DNA of 61,113 nt, filler included, from Stramenopiles sp. TOSAG23-3 (Eukaryota): assembly GCA_900128585.1 (NCBI GenBank). It is 12 parts of 12 records of this genome, joined end to end, with 100 filler letters (N's around TTAATTAATTAA, not from the genome) between each part and the next. Parts side by side here need not be neighbours in the genome. Positions count along the whole stretch, not along the records: positions 30,673 to 35,667 come from LT643641.1; positions 35,768 to 40,762 come from LT643642.1; positions 40,863 to 45,853 come from LT643643.1; 9 more parts are not named here. One strand, given 5' to 3'. Below, in pieces: positions 30,673-42,723 of this stretch; position 1 is the stretch's first letter; the number at the start of each line of letters is the position of its first letter. Position numbers and translations under genes: made by a program. Below the pieces are notes generated by a model that saw only the letters and a list, made by a program, of their open reading frames with translations, made no database searches and was not told where the DNA came from.

Positions 30673-31338
30673 GTACTTGGTGTCCTTCAACGTGGACGGC
30701 AGCACGTACCCGTGCGGCCGCTTCCGCTTCGTCCCGGCCTCGCTGCCCGACGATTTCTGACCCTGCTTCCGCTTCTTGCCCCGTTTGGAATTGCTACTTC
30801 TAGACGACTCCGACGAGTTCGACCGTGACGATAATGTAAATTTAATTTTTGTCCCACTAGAGGCGTTGGACCCCGCCCCCTTCTTTTTGTTGGCGTTGTT
30901 GCCGTTCGAGTTGAAGGCGAGGAGGCTCCCCATCCCTGAGCTTCTGGAAATTCCCTGCAAGCAGCTCCGTAGCTTTTCTACGTCGGAGGTCTTCGGCTGG
31001 CCGAACGCGGCGTCCGCCAGGCTCTGCAAGGGTTCTAAGTGACTCAAAGAGCGGGGCCTCATGGGCATAATCCGCGGAGAGACGGACAAGAGAAGCTGCG
31101 CCGCGGCGTCCAGCTCACTCTTGTCCATCGGCACGTCGCTGTCGCTGTCCTCGTCCGTGATCGTCCTGTCGGCGTCGTCCATCTCGTCCTCTTCCTCCGT
31201 CCCAGAGTAGTCGACGTCCTCCGCTTTCACGCGCTCCCCACCGTCGTCCAGGGCAAACTCTCCAATGGCCTTCGCATCTTCCGGGAGCACTCGTATGGGA
31301 GGGAACGCCGGGGACTTGCTCGATTTCTTGTTAGGCAT
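30673..31338 (-). CDS. Hypothetical, probably nuclear protein, 3' truncated
   Basis: GC-rich ORF with an acidic tract, AAAQLLLSVSP, and NLS-like KRGKKRK and KRKRP, running into the linker. Confidence 0.55.
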
Positions 31339-32317
31339 GCTGCCCGACAATTGTTAACGGTACGGTTCTGAAAAATGTGTAACCTGCAACTGCACGTCTG
31401 AATACTGCACAAGCACTGTGGGCGGCGAAATATTCAGATCGCCAAGGTATTAACGTGTTCAATGCAGTACACAATATTGTTGTTGTTCAAACACGTCAAT
31501 CTGTGATGCCTTTTCTTTCACCGTTTTCACGCGCACCACAACGATCGCAAAAACCAAGCACCAACGTAAGAATGCGAAGGGGGAATGAGCAACAAATCTG
31601 TTCCTTTCTTCCATTATTAACAAAGCGTTATTTTTACAACAAAATACATTGTATACATAAAGAATACTCTATATGATGTTTTAATAATATTATTTGGAAC
31701 ACTTTAATATTACAAGGAGATTGCATTTGGTTTAAATTATGAAACTAATAAGTATTAAACATTAAGGTTACGTTTAAAAAATATCTTCCTTTTTTTTTTG
31801 CCAACCAACATGAGAGGTGAATACCTCTATGCTATGTTAATGTAATGTATGAAAAAATTATAACCCTTGCCTTACAGATAACGCCGTGAACAATGTATTT
31901 TTTAAATGCTTTAGAATACATTGTTATCCTATGTAAATGATAAATATCAATAAAATCGCTAATTTTTTATTTTGTATAATATAGAAATAGCATTACAACT
32001 GGTTTTGAAACAACGTGGATGATATTGAATACTTCAAGTGGAATCTTTAATGATTCTAATTTTAAATGCTATTCCTATATAATTTAACTGTATTAAAAAT
32101 CATTTCTTCTGGCATTTTGTGCGGCTTGGCTTTGTTTTGCTAAGAAAGAAAGAAATACTAGGCTCACGCACAGGAAATTTAGAAAAGAATATAAAATAAT
32201 ATATTATAACTACGAAAGAAAGTTCCTAAGAAAAAAGGAAAAGAAGAGGAAAAAACTTCAGTACTGAACAGTGATGTACACAGTGTATATAATAATAGTA
32301 TCACATTAATTAAATTG

Positions 32318-32380
32318 AGAAGAAGAAGAAGAAGAAGAAGAAGAAGAAATAAGTAAGAAGAAATAAGTAAGAAGAAGAAG
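32318..32380. repeat. (GAA)n microsatellite with a short duplication
   Basis: gaagaagaa... followed by aaataagtaagaag twice. Confidence 0.85.
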
Positions 32381-33022
32381 ACTCGTATACGTAACTATAG
32401 CTATTTATAACAGGTACTTGGTAATAATTCATACAGTAGTAATAAATAAAACTAAATAGTATACAATGTTACAAATAATTATACTTTACAATACATTGTG
32501 TACAAGTATTAAATAACACATCTAATAACAACAACCTGAAAATAATAATAATATTATTATAACACGATTTACATTAAATTATTCAAAAGGAATTAGCTTA
32601 GCAGCACAAAGCAAGCACAAGCAGCAGGCAGCAGTGGGGGCGAATAATAATAAATAGAAAAAAAAAAGAAGGAATGAAAAAAAAAAGAAGAGAAGAAGAA
32701 GAGAAGAACAAGAAGAAGAAGAAAAAAAAAAAAAAAAGAAGAAGAAGAAAAAAAAAAAATAAAAAATATATAATATTGAATGATGATCATTACATAATAG
32801 TTTTTAAATCCAGAAGATAGATACTACGGTAATAGAGTATCCTCAATGTTTCAATTGTTATTTTAATTCACATTTGCATGCGTTCGATTAAGGAATAATT
32901 TGAAAGACGTAGTGAGTAAGTGACGGTAGTACAAGATTTAGTTGTTTTGTTGTGGGAAATAAACCCCCCGTTTACAGTAACTTTCTACAGATCCCCCCCC
33001 CTCCTTCCCTCGGTAACTAAGA

Positions 33023-33833
33023 ATGTCTGGTTTTGACGGTGACCTTCAGGTCGCCCGTGGGTTGGTAAAGACAATACAGCAAAACATGGCCAGGCGTGAC
33101 AGGCTCCGGCGTGAAGGTGGGAGCGCTGGTGCTCTTAACGGTAGCAAAACACGCGATCAGCTTGCAAAGCTAGAGAAACGTTTGGACACTATGGAGCGGC
33201 AGCTAAATCAAGCTGCTCGCTCGCCCGCAGATTACGGAGTGTAAGTTTCCACTTTTCTTTCCTTCAAACCCCCTTTACATACTAACACGCCTCCTGCTCT
33301 TTTTTTCTTGTAGAACGCCAAACGAAATCGATCGTCGGCGAGGCTGCCTGGCGGACGTTAAACGGTCCAAACTAGAACTTTCAAGGATGTTGACTGGGAG
33401 CGGTTCCTACGGGAGCGTTTCCCGGGACGCACTGCTGTACTCGTCCAACAAATCCAAGCAAACGGATTATTCTGGTAGACAGTTTGAGGACGAAAACACC
33501 CGCGAGAAGGACACTCGTGAGATCCTTCGGCTCCAGGAGCAAATGATGCGAAAGCAAGATGCGGGGTTGGGGGAGCTAGAAGATGCCGTGGTGGGGTTGA
33601 AGCATGTGGGGCTGGCGATCGGGGAGGGCGTGGACCTAACGAGCGCGCTGTTAGATGATGTCGGCAGGAACGTAGACCGGACCGACGGGGCGTTGCAGAA
33701 ACGCACCGCGAAGGCAAAAGAATTGCAACAGCAAGTCTCTGGGAATTGCTGCCTATACGTAGTCATCGTTTTGTTAGTCATCCTCACCGTGATCAACATC
33801 TCGACGAAAGGCTTTACTACCCTCTTTAAGTGA
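33023..33833 (+). CDS. Qc-SNARE syntaxin (Stx6/Stx8/SYP5-6-like), two exons 33023-33240 and 33314-33833
   Basis: 73-bp GTAAGT...TACTAAC...TAG intron joins the 73-aa and 148-aa ORFs in frame (YGV/TPNEIDRRR). SNARE motif QEQMMRKQDAGLGEL and C-terminal TM. Confidence 0.88.
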
Positions 33834-34036
33834 TTGACCACGGGGGCGCCCCCACCATTTTTGTTTAAATCTGCTCTTTGTTCTCACTGGCGGCGAGATT
33901 AATTTTTAAAAACACCGCACGCGGGCCGTTTCTCTTATGTTAACATATTATTGTAAAGACCGCGCTACTTCTAAAAAAAATAATACACCTTTTTAAAATT
34001 TAAATATTACTTAAACCCTGGCGCGCTGCGTGCCAC

Positions 34037-35143
34037 TCACTCCTCGTGGTATATGCTGCCTGGGGACGTCAGCCACGTCTTGCAATATTCGTACGCCGTC
34101 CAACTGACCCCGACCGCGGGAGCGTGCGCCACCATGCGCAACATGGACCCCCGCATCAACGCGGACGCCCCTTCCTCCCGTGCCACCCGCTTCATGGTGT
34201 CGAACAAGCCTTTGTACCTCAGCTGTGGGGTGGGCTTGCTGACTGCAAAGTGTGTCGTCCTCACGTTTTCAAAGGCGCCCGCAGTGGCGCCGACGGACGT
34301 CGAGAGCCCGCGGGTGCTTGTCCCGGCACTCTTTTTCATCGATTGGCTGCTTCCCAGGGCAGAAAAGTTTATGGATTGAGTCTGCAGGCGCGTTTTCGCG
34401 ACGTCTAACGGGTTCGTGAACAACGCTGCGACGGCTCCAGCGATTGCTCCGCTGGACAAAAATGTTTTCGTGTCGAAGTTTCCACTCGGGTTGATGATCC
34501 TCCGCGCGCTCTCGTTAACGGCAACGTTCACTGCGGAGTACGGTATGTTCATCAACATCGTGGTCGGCAGACTCCGAAACAGCGCAATGTACCCTTCCTC
34601 TCGAACTATCCCAAGGGCGCAATCCGCGACCCCATTGTAACACTGGTTTGTGTTCTGGCATATGCATCCTAACTGAAGGCGTTGCTTGACCACGTCTAAA
34701 GGGGTCATAAACATGTCGTGCGCAATTACCGCGGCCGCCCCGGACGCGGCGGCGGCGAGCGGGTGGTGCCCTTTTCGGTTCGCCCCGAACTGCTCCTTCG
34801 CCACCTCGTAGATGCTAAAATACGCCGAGTGCGCTGGCACTACCCCCAAAATGACCGCAAAAATTCCCCTGTACATGCGCCTAAACCCGCCTTCCTTCCA
34901 CGTGTTCATCAGCGCTTTCTTCCCTGACGTGGTTTCCCCGCCGGCCGAATCGTACCGTGCCTGGTAAAACGTTTTCACGGTGTCGATCGGGTACACAATA
35001 CCGTGCTCGGCCAGCCCGGCGATGGACCCCGCGATCATGTGCGCCACGAAGGGACCCTTGGACGGGTTATACTCTTCCCAATCTTCGTCAATCTCTTCAA
35101 TCACTTCCTGCGCGACACGCTTTGCCGATACCGTTCTGTTCAT
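34037..35143 (-). CDS. Mitoferrin-like mitochondrial iron carrier (SLC25A28/37, Mrs3/4 family)
   Basis: Three carrier signatures PIDTVKT, PLDVVKQRLQ, PLDVAKTRLQ; HMIAGSIAGLAEH, PAHSAYFSIYE, MNIPY. Confidence 0.88.
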   Translation of the reverse strand: MNRTVSAKRVAQEVIEEIDEDWEEYNPSKGPFVAHMIAGSIAGLAEHGIVYPIDTVKTFYQARYDSAGGETTSGKKALMNTWKEGGFRRMYRGIFAVILGVVPAHSAYFSIYEVAKEQFGANRKGHHPLAAAASGAAAVIAHDMFMTPLDVVKQRLQLGCICQNTNQCYNGVADCALGIVREEGYIALFRSLPTTMLMNIPYSAVNVAVNESARRIINPSGNFDTKTFLSSGAIAGAVAALFTNPLDVAKTRLQTQSINFSALGSSQSMKKSAGTSTRGLSTSVGATAGAFENVRTTHFAVSKPTPQLRYKGLFDTMKRVAREEGASALMRGSMLRMVAHAPAVGVSWTAYEYCKTWLTSPGSIYHEE

Positions 35144-36072
35144 TGTTTAAGGGGTACTTTGAACAACGGCACAAAAACAAACAAAAAGATCCTCCGCACA
35201 CAACTCCTGCGACGACGACTACTACTACTGGCGGTGCTCGTCTCTTCTGTCTGTCCAACTGACCGCGCAACACTTTGATCGGAAAAGGACGACCACCCCA
35301 CTCACTCACTGCTGGAGAAACCTATGTACGTAAAATACCAACAAATATATAAAGTATTTTAAATGTTCCCTTTCTTCACACTCAATCACTCGCTCATTCG
35401 CTCACTGCCTTTCTCTCACTCTCTCTCCCTATCTTTCTCTCCCTCTCCTTCCTTTTTCTTTTCTATTTATCTTTCTTGGATTACTTCTTACTTTCCTTTC
35501 TGGTCGGTCTACCTATTTATATTCTCATCTTCTTCTCTTCTATTATTATTATTATTTTTTTTATTAATAATTATTATTTATTCTTCTATCTCTCTTCTTC
35601 TTCGCATTTTCGTTCTTTCTTTCTTTTTTCTTTCTGCTAAAGCCTCCTCCTTATTTATATATTATTANNNNNNNNNNNNNNNNNNNNNNNNNNNNNNNNN
35701 NNNNNNNNNNNTTAATTAATTAANNNNNNNNNNNNNNNNNNNNNNNNNNNNNNNNNNNNNNNNNNNNAAGAAGAAAGAAGAAAGAAGAAAGAAGAAGAAA
35801 GAAGAAGAGCGGATTTGTATTAAATACCTGGTATATTACTACTACCTACTCAAAAAATTGGCTGTTGTTGTTATTTTTTTTTCTAAACATATATTATAGT
35901 TAAGTTTACGTTCCTTCATATTTCATATTATAAAATTATAATAAATAACTGCGAACTTATTTAACTCTCTCTACTCCTCCTGTAATTTTACTATTCTTTA
36001 TAATAATATTTATATACAGTATTAAATAACTATAATCAATTTTATTTACTCAAGACTCAAGACCCAAGACTA

Positions 36073-36340
36073 ATGAATGAATGAATGAATGAATTTTATG
36101 AGAGAGAAATGAATGAATGAATGAATGAATGAATGAATGAGTTTTATGAGAGAAATGAATGAATTTTATGAGAGAAATGAATGAATGAAGAATGAATGAA
36201 TGAATTTTATGAGGGTGAAATGGATGAATGAAGTATGAATGAATGAATTTTATGAGAGAGAAATGAATGAATGAAGTATGAATGAATGAATTTTATGAGA
36301 GAGAAATGAATGAATGAAGAATGAATGAATGGTGAAATGA
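36073..36340. repeat. (GAAT)n-based compound minisatellite
   Basis: GAAT runs punctuated about six times by TTTTATGAG(AG)nAAAT-type spacers. Confidence 0.92.
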
Positions 36341-36807
36341 ATTACTTAAATAACAGCCAATTTTCTTGTTTTAATGAAATAAGAAGAAGAAAAAAAAGGA
36401 AACTTCGGTTATATATACAACTATTAAGTACCTATTTCTTAACACACAACACTTTCAATTATATAAGTATCCTTAATAAGAGCTTAAGAGGGTTTAATTA
36501 TATATTTTATACTTCTTTATACTTCTTCTTCTTCTTCTTACTCTTTTACTTACTCTTTTTGTTTCATTCATCACATCTACTTCTTCTTCGCATAAATTCA
36601 TTTCAACTTCAGTTATTTGTTCACTTAGTTCAATATAACAAAAATGATTCGAAAAAAAAGACGACGTTCTGCCCCCATTCAATTGCATGGTCTACTTGAT
36701 TATCGTCCGATTTACACATATACACGAGAGAGGAACGTGTGCTGCGATTTGATCGAACGGTTTGGATTAAACGATTAAGCTTCCAGGCGGGGTCTCAATT
36801 TCAGCAA

Positions 36808-39045
36808 ATGGCAGAAGAGCAAATGGAGATGGCTGTCCGTGGGCGGAAGAAAGCGAGGAAAGCTAAGCGGCGCTCCATTACGGGAAATTTGCTGCGCATG
36901 TCTGTAAAGGAGCTGGAGGCGGAATTGAACTCGTCGGAGAACACGGTGGCGTTCAAGCAGTTTGCGGACCACGTCGACTTGGGCATGAGTGCGGGGGAGG
37001 GGGCGCCGAAGGACGGCGTCTCCCCCGCGGCGCTGGGGCTGGAAGCGAAGGCGGGCAGCGACGCGGAGGAGAAGGCGGGCAGCGACGCGGAGGAGAAGGC
37101 GGGCAGCGACGCGGAGGAGAAAGGCGACGGCTCTGCCGACCCAGGGCGAGCGATAAAAATACAGCGGTACGAAATGGTTGCCCCAAAGGCGATCCGTTCG
37201 GTCGCGACAGGGGACAAAATGACCCTGTTCTTGTCGGTGGAAGGGCGCGTGTTCCAGTGCGGGACGATGCGAGGCAAGCGCATTGAAACGGAGGAGGTGC
37301 GCTTCGAAGCGACGGAAGCGGTCGTAGAGGTGGCCGTCGCGGGGTGCGGGGAGCACCACGGCACCCCTGGGGAAAAGGAGGACCACCTGGCCCTTCTGGT
37401 CGATCGACCGTCTAGAAATTTATTCACCTGGGGGAGCAACGATTACGGCCAGCTGGGCTTGGCGAGTCACGAGTTTCAAAAGTACCCGGTGAACGTGACC
37501 GATGTTCAGGAGCGCGTGGGGCAGGTGGCGCTGGGGTCGAAGACCACTTTCTGCGTTACAGAGAGCAACTTGGTCTACAGCTTCGGTCGAAATTTCAACG
37601 GGGAGCTCGGGCTCGGGGAGATGACGGAAATGTACCGGGGGTACCAGGATTCGGGGGTGCTCAAAACGGTGTGGGCGCCCGAGCTCGCGGACAAGGACAG
37701 GCCGTCGCTGGTGCCGGCCTTTGCCGCCGGGAGAGCCGAAGGCTCGCAGTCGCAGGGAGACGTGAGCGGGGACGCGTTCGGGCCTTGGGCGTTTCGGTGG
37801 GAGTCTGCGGGGGGCGACAGCAGCACCAAGGCGAAGGCGCATTTCCTGAAGAGGCGCGTGCATGCCGGCAAGAATTACAACCTGAGCTGGGTAAGAAAGC
37901 AGCCGTGCAGCGAGGAGGAGAAAAGCATGTACCGAAGCATCACGACCATGAAGGCGGACCTCGTGGAGATCAGCCACGTCATAGAGGACAAGCAAGTCGA
38001 GCTGGAAATGCTCAAGCCCCCGCAGGAGCAGCAAACGAAGACGGCGGAGGAACAGCGGCACAACAACGAGAAGAACGTCCTTATCGGCCTCATCGGCACG
38101 CCGAGCAAAGAGCAGCAGCACATTTACAACAACATTCGAAGGGACCCGTGCATCCAAGAGACGGTGCAAGTCATCCTGGCCCTGGAAGATGAGATGCAGC
38201 AGCTGGAGCACCAGCTGAAGGCGTGGAAAGGGAAGATTGCGCGGACGGACGGGCGCATAAAGTCGTTGGCAAAGGAGATGGACACGAAGGGGGAGAACTC
38301 TCAAATACTGTGGAAGCTGTTGGAGAGCATCCCGTCCCGAATCAACCGCTTCGGCGGGGGCGAGCTCCCCCAGGTCACCACGCAAAACTTGAAACAGCTG
38401 GAGTCCGACAAGCTTGCCCTGTTGAAGGGCGAGGAAGGGGGGATAAAGCAGCAGCGGGTGGAGATGTCCGCGTTGATCAAGAATTTGCACAACTTGCAGA
38501 AGAAAGAGGCGGAACTCAATCGAGAAATTGCCTTATCGAGGACCGAAATAGACACCTTGACGACGCTGGGCAGGAGCCACGCAAACGCGTTGTTTCGAAA
38601 GCAGAGCGAAGACAAGGTCTTCGATTCAATAGACGTTGCGTACGCCATGGGGGCGTACGGTACGGAGATGTTTGAGGCGAAGCACGTGAATGAGCGAAAG
38701 GCGGTGCTGAAGAACGTTCAGGGGGACGTGTTGGGGTGGAGGTACCGGCCAGACAAATCGTTCGCCAACAGCATGTTGGCCAAAAGGGGGGGAACGCGAA
38801 AGGCTGACCCGGAGAAAGTAAAGCTGTTCTCTATCGCACGGGCGTTTGCAGAACTGTGCGCGACCATCCTTGAAGACACGGAGAGGGTCCAATCGGACAT
38901 TGATCTGTTCGAAAAGAGCATGAGCCAGCACACAGAATGGAGACATCAGAAACTGTTGGCCAAGGTGGAGCATGAAAGCGACGACCCAGCGAAAGCGGGC
39001 AGTGGCGGCGGCGGCGGCGGGTTTGCATGTTTCGGTAGTAGGTAG
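36808..39045 (+). CDS. RCC1-repeat plus coiled-coil protein (5' exon possibly missing)
   Basis: LFTWGSNDYGQLGL, VYSFGRNFNGELGLG, VATGDKMT, VHAGKNYN; long coiled coil; AGSDAEEK x3. Confidence 0.75.
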   Translation: MAEEQMEMAVRGRKKARKAKRRSITGNLLRMSVKELEAELNSSENTVAFKQFADHVDLGMSAGEGAPKDGVSPAALGLEAKAGSDAEEKAGSDAEEKAGSDAEEKGDGSADPGRAIKIQRYEMVAPKAIRSVATGDKMTLFLSVEGRVFQCGTMRGKRIETEEVRFEATEAVVEVAVAGCGEHHGTPGEKEDHLALLVDRPSRNLFTWGSNDYGQLGLASHEFQKYPVNVTDVQERVGQVALGSKTTFCVTESNLVYSFGRNFNGELGLGEMTEMYRGYQDSGVLKTVWAPELADKDRPSLVPAFAAGRAEGSQSQGDVSGDAFGPWAFRWESAGGDSSTKAKAHFLKRRVHAGKNYNLSWVRKQPCSEEEKSMYRSITTMKADLVEISHVIEDKQVELEMLKPPQEQQTKTAEEQRHNNEKNVLIGLIGTPSKEQQHIYNNIRRDPCIQETVQVILALEDEMQQLEHQLKAWKGKIARTDGRIKSLAKEMDTKGENSQILWKLLESIPSRINRFGGGELPQVTTQNLKQLESDKLALLKGEEGGIKQQRVEMSALIKNLHNLQKKEAELNREIALSRTEIDTLTTLGRSHANALFRKQSEDKVFDSIDVAYAMGAYGTEMFEAKHVNERKAVLKNVQGDVLGWRYRPDKSFANSMLAKRGGTRKADPEKVKLFSIARAFAELCATILEDTERVQSDIDLFEKSMSQHTEWRHQKLLAKVEHESDDPAKAGSGGGGGGFACFGSR

Positions 39046-39339
39046 TATAGAGGACAGTCATTTTACACACATACAGTACAATATAAACAATTTAAAATGT
39101 TTATAAAACGTTTTTAACCAAATTTATGCTGTTGTTTTTTAGACTGGCGACTTTTTAAAACTAATTTTTAGTCGTCTCCCACAACGTCATTCCATCCAAA
39201 AATAACTGTCGACACTCTCTCCCACCCACACACCCTCTCTCTCTCTCTCTCTAATACCGACGCCTCGTCGTCGTCTGCCACGGGCGTTAAGAATACCGCA
39301 CAGTCTACAGTAGTCTCCACAGTTCGTCTCCCCCCCGGC

Positions 39340-40700
39340 TTACATCAGTCCAAACCCCTCGCTCTGGGTGATCGCCAGCATGAGAAGTCGCTCCAACTTT
39401 GCCCTCGAGTCGTACTCTGGGATGAGCAGGTGGTTGAAACAGGTATGACTCGTCGGCAGCTGGTCGGAATTCGGGCCGGCCCGTGCAACGACAAACTTCA
39501 ACGAGCCGAGGCCCTTGATGGGCGCGCGGTCGCTGCCCGTGGCAAAGGACAACAGCTTGCGCTGCATGCTCTCCTCCAAGCCGTGGACGACCTCCCAAAA
39601 CTCCGTAACAATGCGGTGGTCGGCGTCGTACCCTTCGTACTTGCACGCCTTCTCCAGCTCGTGAAAGTCCAGCTTGGGGCTTCCGCATATCAAAAGCTCG
39701 AGCTCGTCCGCCCGAAAAAACGAAAACGGTTCGGTGTCGCACACCTTGCGGAAGCCGCGGCAGAACGCGTCGAACTGCTTGGCGATGCTGTCCACGAGCA
39801 GGTGCTTCAGGTACAGGGCGACGAACTCCGCCCTGTTCTCGTTCGTGACGTCAACGTCGCCCCCGCCCGGCTTCAACTCCGTCGTGATCACCTCGCCGAA
39901 CAGGCTCGTGCGCTGGACCTCAAACGTGGTGCCCGTCACGGACGCGTCCTCGCACTCGAGCAGCAGCTCCAACGACCGGTGCAAGTCCTTGTCGACGTCC
40001 CGGAGGTCGGAGAGCGCCGGGGCGTACCTCTCCCGCTCCACCAGGCGCTTGAAGACGACGATGGGAAAGTGAACGTCCAGGATGACCTGGTTGTAGATCG
40101 CGATGCCAAGGAGGGTCCCGAACAAGATGAACTTGACGGGGGTCTCGAAAGTGTCCGCATTGAACCAGAGCTGCCTGAGCTTCTCGTTGTACAGGAACAT
40201 CCCGTAGTTCGGGTCGAGCAGCTCCCTCAGCATCACCTGGAAGAATTCCTTCTGGACCCCCCCCCCTCGTCCACCCCCTCCTCCCCTTCGAACATGACCT
40301 TGAGGGGCTTCTTCAGGTCCTGCGAGCTCTGCCGGTCGACGACCGTGAGGGTGTCCTCGACGATGCGGTCCCGCCGCACCTTTACGACCAGGTACAGCAC
40401 GTCCGCGCGGACGCTCACGGGCCCGGGCCCGGCGCCCATCAGCGTCATGCGCTGGAACAGCGTCTGGCGCTGCGTGTGGGACTGCTCCACGAGGGCGTCC
40501 ATGCGCAGCATGTAGGCCTTCGCCGCGGCGTCGAGCACGAAGGGGTAGTTGCAGAACGAGAAGGGGCGCGGCCCGGGCGTTCCCCCGGCCAGGCGCTGCC
40601 GCTCCTTCTGCTTCTTCCCGATGAACCACTGCTGGAAGTCCTTCTTCAGGTCGAAGTCCTCGTTCACGGCGTCGTTCGTGAAGTCCTTGTCCGTGAGGAG
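39340..40700 (-). CDS. HECT E3 ubiquitin ligase (HERC4/UBE3A/HECTD2-like), 5' truncated, frameshift in a G10 run
   Basis: FSFCNYPFVLD, VRRDRIVEDT, DLKKPLKVMFEGEEGVDEGG then VQKEFFQ in the next frame; LPTSHTCFN catalytic Cys; ends GFGLM. Confidence 0.9.
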
Positions 40701-41087
40701 GGAGGAGGCCGCCGGTGGGCGCGCCCCCCCCCCCCCCCTTCCCCCCCCCCCCCCCCCCCCCCNNNNNNNNNNNNNNNNNNNNNNNNNNNNNNNNNNNNNN
40801 NNNNNNTTAATTAATTAANNNNNNNNNNNNNNNNNNNNNNNNNNNNNNNNNNNNNNNNNNNNAATTATTATTAATCAAACTCTGTATCTCTATCTAGATC
40901 TATATGATATTATTATAATTTGTGTACATAGACACTTCCGTTTTTTTTATTGTTTATTGTGATTTCTACATTTTATAACACATTGTATAGGTTTGAATTC
41001 GCGGAGAAGGAAATATTACGAGAGCGCCATAAGGGATTGGGTGTGGTGTGTTTGTCTCTCTCACCTCTCTCTCTCTCTTGTTCTCGG

Positions 41088-42486
41088 ATGTCGCGTCTTG
41101 CTGTGCCTGAAACGGTGTTGGCTCAGCAGCACTATGCGAAGGAGACGAAGCAGCTCAGGGAAAAAATGCGAGATCGATTGTTTTTTGAGAAAACCAACGA
41201 ATTTTTTGTGAAAGATTTAATGAGCGATGAAAAAATTGACGAGGAGAAGTGCAGTGTAAGCCACTCGAGAGTAGGGGACGCTTACCAAGCGGCGGTGCTA
41301 CCAACACCGTCGTCGTCGTCGTCGTCGTCGGAAGAAGTGGTAAGGAAAGGCCGATACAGTGTACTCGTTCGCGTGCTTTCAGTTCGCCAGTTCTCCAAGT
41401 CCTTGAAAATATTAACCGGAATTTTAGTCCAGTGCAACGCAACCAACGCTGGACCGCAAAAGCACCCTGCGCCGATCGTACACAGCCGTGTGCACGTGTT
41501 GGTGAGAAAGGGGAAGAACAATGCCGATGAGTTTAGCAAAGTAGGAAGGCTCGAGGAAGCCTTGTCCAAGGTGTCGCTGGAAGGCAGTAGTGCAACGGTA
41601 GAAACTGCGGGGAAGAAAAAAGATGGTGTTCAAGGCGGCCAAGACGTTATCCTTCGTTGCGACGTTGTGCTTGACTTGAAACGGGACCAGCCTGTTCAAA
41701 CGACAGGCGGCGCCACCGTTTTAAAGTGTACGAAGCTTTATAGTCATACAGTCCAACCCACTTCCATTTTGCCAAAGACGTTTCGGCACCGTGAATTCGC
41801 AACATTTTGCACGGCCAACTTTGCCCAATCAATAAGAAATGGTCATTTGCTTGACGTTGCGGGGGGGAAAGGCAAGCTATCGGTACACCTTCTGCATCAA
41901 AATGCGTCCATGGCGTCTTCAACAGTTATCGACCCAGCGACGAAGAAGGAATATTTCACTGGAATGCGTGGCTAAGCAAAAGTATCGGTTAAGCGCTCAG
42001 CCCACTACCTTTGACGAGTTCGAGGCTAACAACAAGAATCATTGCACTCAAAACGTTACCGCAGTGTTTGGGCTACACCCAGATCAAGCGACGGACTATA
42101 TTTTTGACTTTTCATTGCAGCACGAGCTTCCGTTTGCCTGCATCCCATGTTGTGTTTTTAAAGAAACGTTTCCCCATCGTGCTCTGAAGTCAGGGCAGAA
42201 AGTTTCCAGGTACGGCGGCTTTATTCAGTACTTGCGTGAAAAGGATAGTAGAATCCGTATTGCGCGATTGCCGTTTACTGGGCGCAACCTGGTCTTGTAC
42301 ATGAGACCAGAGGATTACCGTGTGCAAAAGGGCAAGCCAGAGAACGGGCTGTGGCGAGACGACGGATGGTTCTCTGCACCCCCGCCAGCCCTGCCCTCGA
42401 AAGGGAAAAACAAGAAATCTGTGAAGGAGGAAGTCAGCAACGAAGAGGTGGATCATGGGCACTCCTCCGACAGCGATGGCGACTAG
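41088..42486 (+). CDS. SAM-dependent methyltransferase-like protein with an apparent frameshift near 41937
   Basis: LLDVAGGKGKLS and TVIDP in one frame; GLHPDQATD, PFACIPCCVF and LPFTGRNLVL in the +1 frame. Confidence 0.7.
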
Positions 42487-42723
42487 GTAAGAATTACCTA
42501 GTCGAATAACAGCCATTATTTTGTTTTTAATAATCAAAATCAATTTTTTATTTTTATTAACCAAAGATACGAAATAAACAGAAGGAGCAGAGCATTCACA
42601 TTCGCGGTACATGAAGAAGGTTAATTTTAATTACTTCTTAATTACAAAATAATAACAGCAGCCATTATTTTGTTTTTAATTAAAATACGCAACCAATCTC
42701 TACCACTCGCACTCGCACACACT

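Noticed and set aside
32593-32790. Hydrophobic Phe/Leu-rich ORFs in AT-rich DNA (also 35363-35719, 36325-36699)
   Set aside because: Translations of low-complexity poly-purine or poly-pyrimidine intergenic tracts.
36073-36340. CRISPR-like array
   Set aside because: Intervening sequence is GAAT microsatellite, not unique spacers; no cas genes.
37420-38490. Long antisense ORFs (356 aa here; also 39430-40515, 7146-7961, 877-1608)
   Set aside because: Shadows of GC-rich sense genes, with no recognisable motifs.
40257-40266. Programmed frameshift in the HECT gene
   Set aside because: Falls in a G10 homopolymer where 8 G restores DEGGVQKEF; most likely a sequencing or assembly error, next to a poly-C contig end.
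42506-42680. Direct repeat cagccattattttgtttttaat between convergent genes
   Set aside because: Simple local duplication in an AT-rich 3' region; no evidence of function.
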